25,487 nucleotides of DNA from a virus. Its lineage: Duplodnaviria > Caudoviricetes. Positions 24,021 to 25,487 of the stretch are shown one piece after another (position 1 is the first letter of the stretch; the number at the start of each line of letters is the position of its first letter). Location: positions 1 through 25,487 of IMG/VR virus record IMGVR_UViG_3300002091_000110; one strand, 5' to 3'. The notes beneath the pieces were generated by a model. That model searched no databases and was not told where the DNA came from. It saw only the letters and a program-made list of their open reading frames with translations. The position numbers were made by a program, and so were the translations under genes.

Positions 24021-24233
24021 ATGGCAACGCAAACAAAAAACGTAGACAAAAAGAAGAAACGTGGCCGCCCGGTCACCGGCCGCGGGCATCAGGTCAACGT
24101 CATGGTGACGACCGACGTGATGACCGCCCTGAAGGCCTATGTGGCCGACCGCGGCGGCGGATTCAAAACCACGGAGGCTATCCGGCGGCTCTTGTTGGAG
24201 AGCTTGGGCCGACACGGATACTTTCGGGACTGA
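24021..24233 (+). CDS. Ribbon-helix-helix-type transcriptional regulator
   Basis: KKRGRPVTGRGHQVNVMV...LKAY...TTEAIRRLLLESL; followed by its own terminator. Confidence 0.75.
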   Translation: MATQTKNVDKKKKRGRPVTGRGHQVNVMVTTDVMTALKAYVADRGGGFKTTEAIRRLLLESLGRHGYFRD

Positions 24234-24236
24234 AGA

Positions 24237-24262
24237 GGGGCGGGAGAGATCCCGCCCTTTTT
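24237..24262 (+). terminator. Intrinsic terminator of the RHH gene
   Basis: GGGCGGGA-GAGA-TCCCGCCC-TTTTT. Confidence 0.8.
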
Positions 24263-24387
24263 CATTTGCCCTGTCGGCGCTCCCTGCGCCAGATGTCCAC
24301 CGCCATCCACGCGACCACGGCCCCACCGGCCACCGCGATGACTGCAGCGCACACCGGGCAATAGCTGCCACCGTTCAGCAGCATCAT
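24262..24387 (-). CDS. Small membrane peptide (41 aa) coupled to terS
   Basis: ATGA overlap with the terS stop, GGAGG RBS, CPVC plus hydrophobic helix and basic tail. Confidence 0.5.
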   Translation of the reverse strand: MMLLNGGSYCPVCAAVIAVAGGAVVAWMAVDIWRRERRQGK

Positions 24388-24905
24388 TCCTCCTCCGTCG
24401 CCTCGCCGTCGATCACTTCGGCCTCTTCGCCGTTCTCCATGATCTCCAGCGCCCGTTCCAGCATGTCGAGGGCCTGCGACGGCAGGTTGTTCACGTCGAT
24501 GCGCTGCACGTTCACCTGCACCGGGCCGCCGTCCGGGCCGACGATCTTGGTTTCCTTGTTCTCGCGCCAATCCGCCGGGAACCGGGCCGCCATCGACCGA
24601 TTCCAGATGGCCGCGTTGAAGCCCGGAGCCTGCATGCCATTCTGGCCAGCATCTTCCCACCAAAGTTGTGAAAGTTCCCCAGCAATTTCCAAGGCTTTCA
24701 GAAAATCCGGGTGCTGATCGGCCCATCCAAACATGGTGTTGCGGCTGACGCCCAGCGAGGCGGCAAGCCAAGCCTTTGATTTTCCTTGCCTTCCCCATTC
24801 GATGATCTGATCACAGTATTCGGGCTTGTACTCGGCTGGTGGCCTTCCGACAGGCCGTGGTGGGTCTTCGGGTTTCTTGGTTTTGGGCTTGGGTTTCTTG
24901 GCCAT
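24384..24905 (-). CDS. terS: Terminase small subunit (HTH type)
   Basis: GRP...YKPEYCDQIIEWGRQGKS...LGVSRNTMFGWADQHPDF; GPDGGPVQ C-terminal motif; AGGAG RBS. Confidence 0.8.
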   Translation of the reverse strand: MAKKPKPKTKKPEDPPRPVGRPPAEYKPEYCDQIIEWGRQGKSKAWLAASLGVSRNTMFGWADQHPDFLKALEIAGELSQLWWEDAGQNGMQAPGFNAAIWNRSMAARFPADWRENKETKIVGPDGGPVQVNVQRIDVNNLPSQALDMLERALEIMENGEEAEVIDGEATEEE

Positions 24906-25081
24906 GCATTGGTTCTCCTATTCCGTCTACTTTAGCATGCCCCGCCACGACCTGCCACAGCCCCGTACAGGCTGGTTGACATGCAGGTGGGCACAGGCAT
25001 AGCCTTTTCGGTGAAGGGGCTCTGTGGCCCTTCCAGCGGTGCTGGAACCACAGGTTCAAAACGGCGAAAGCCACCGGGTCG

Positions 25082-25314
25082 AATTCTTAGTTGAAAACGA
25101 CAAGAACACTAACAGAACTTCCCCGGAAAAGCCTTTCACATCAATCCTGAAAATCGAGTGTTAGTAAACCACCGGGGGGGAGGGGGGAGGGCCTTATACT
25201 GTTGATTTACCCCTCCCCCCCCCTCTACTTACTAACACTCGATTTTTAAGATTGAAATCATTAAACAAAAAGCCAATGTTCTGTTAGTGTTCTCATCATT
25301 TTCAACTAAGAATT
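25082..25314. repeat. Nested long inverted repeat
   Basis: Arms 25082-25118/25278-25314 (34/37), 25141-25167/25229-25255 (25/27), inner G-tract/C-tract. Confidence 0.9.
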
Positions 25315-25341
25315 GGGGGTGGTTTTCGGGGGTGATCTACG

Positions 25342-25374
25342 AAAAAAGAAACGGCCGCCTTGGTGGGCGACCGT
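25342..25374 (-). terminator. Intrinsic terminator
   Basis: Minus strand ACGGTCGCC-N6-GGCGGCCGT followed by TTCTTTTTT. Confidence 0.65.
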
Positions 25375-25487
25375 CGATCTTGGGGATCCAGAGTTGCGGT
25401 GGATTTTACCCCACCAAAATTGACAAAAAAATTGACCTCCATTGATAAAGCGAATCACCCCCACCTATGCGATGCGCCAGATGTGAA

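Noticed and set aside
24811-25074. 87-aa minus-strand ORF overlapping the terS start
   Set aside because: No RBS, overlaps terS out of frame, uninformative composition
25419-25450. Three ATTGA repeats including TTGACA as a rightward promoter
   Set aside because: No convincing -10 element, and the downstream context is outside the window

Overview
This window is a GC-rich segment of a tailed dsDNA phage (Caudoviricetes); an alphaproteobacterial-type host is inferred, not proven. Almost all genes are on the minus strand. In transcription order (right to left) it contains: a nested ~235-bp palindrome; the terminase small subunit; ~7 kb of small accessory ORFs (divergent RHH regulator, DUF551-like paralogues, N6-adenine MTase); the terminase large subunit; the portal; a block of five unusual ORFs (Gly-rich protein, 917-aa PPase plus 3x ART-like polyvalent protein, GP88-family protein, His-rich protein, 657-aa basic low-complexity protein); a GroES-like co-chaperonin; a probable scaffold; a cement-like protein; a Mu-gpT-like major capsid protein; small virion proteins; and a truncated head-tail adaptor. 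The standout signal is a diglycine motif ([YHFKR]-x-x-G-G) repeated about 25 times across five head-region proteins and placed at domain boundaries. A shared short amphipathic helix sits at protein ends. Together these suggest a virion cargo-polyprotein addressing and processing system. Also notable are a parS-like site forming the stem of a terminator, an H-type pseudoknot competing with an RBS, and a twin-hairpin capsid leader. Family assignments come from motif recognition only; no searches were run.
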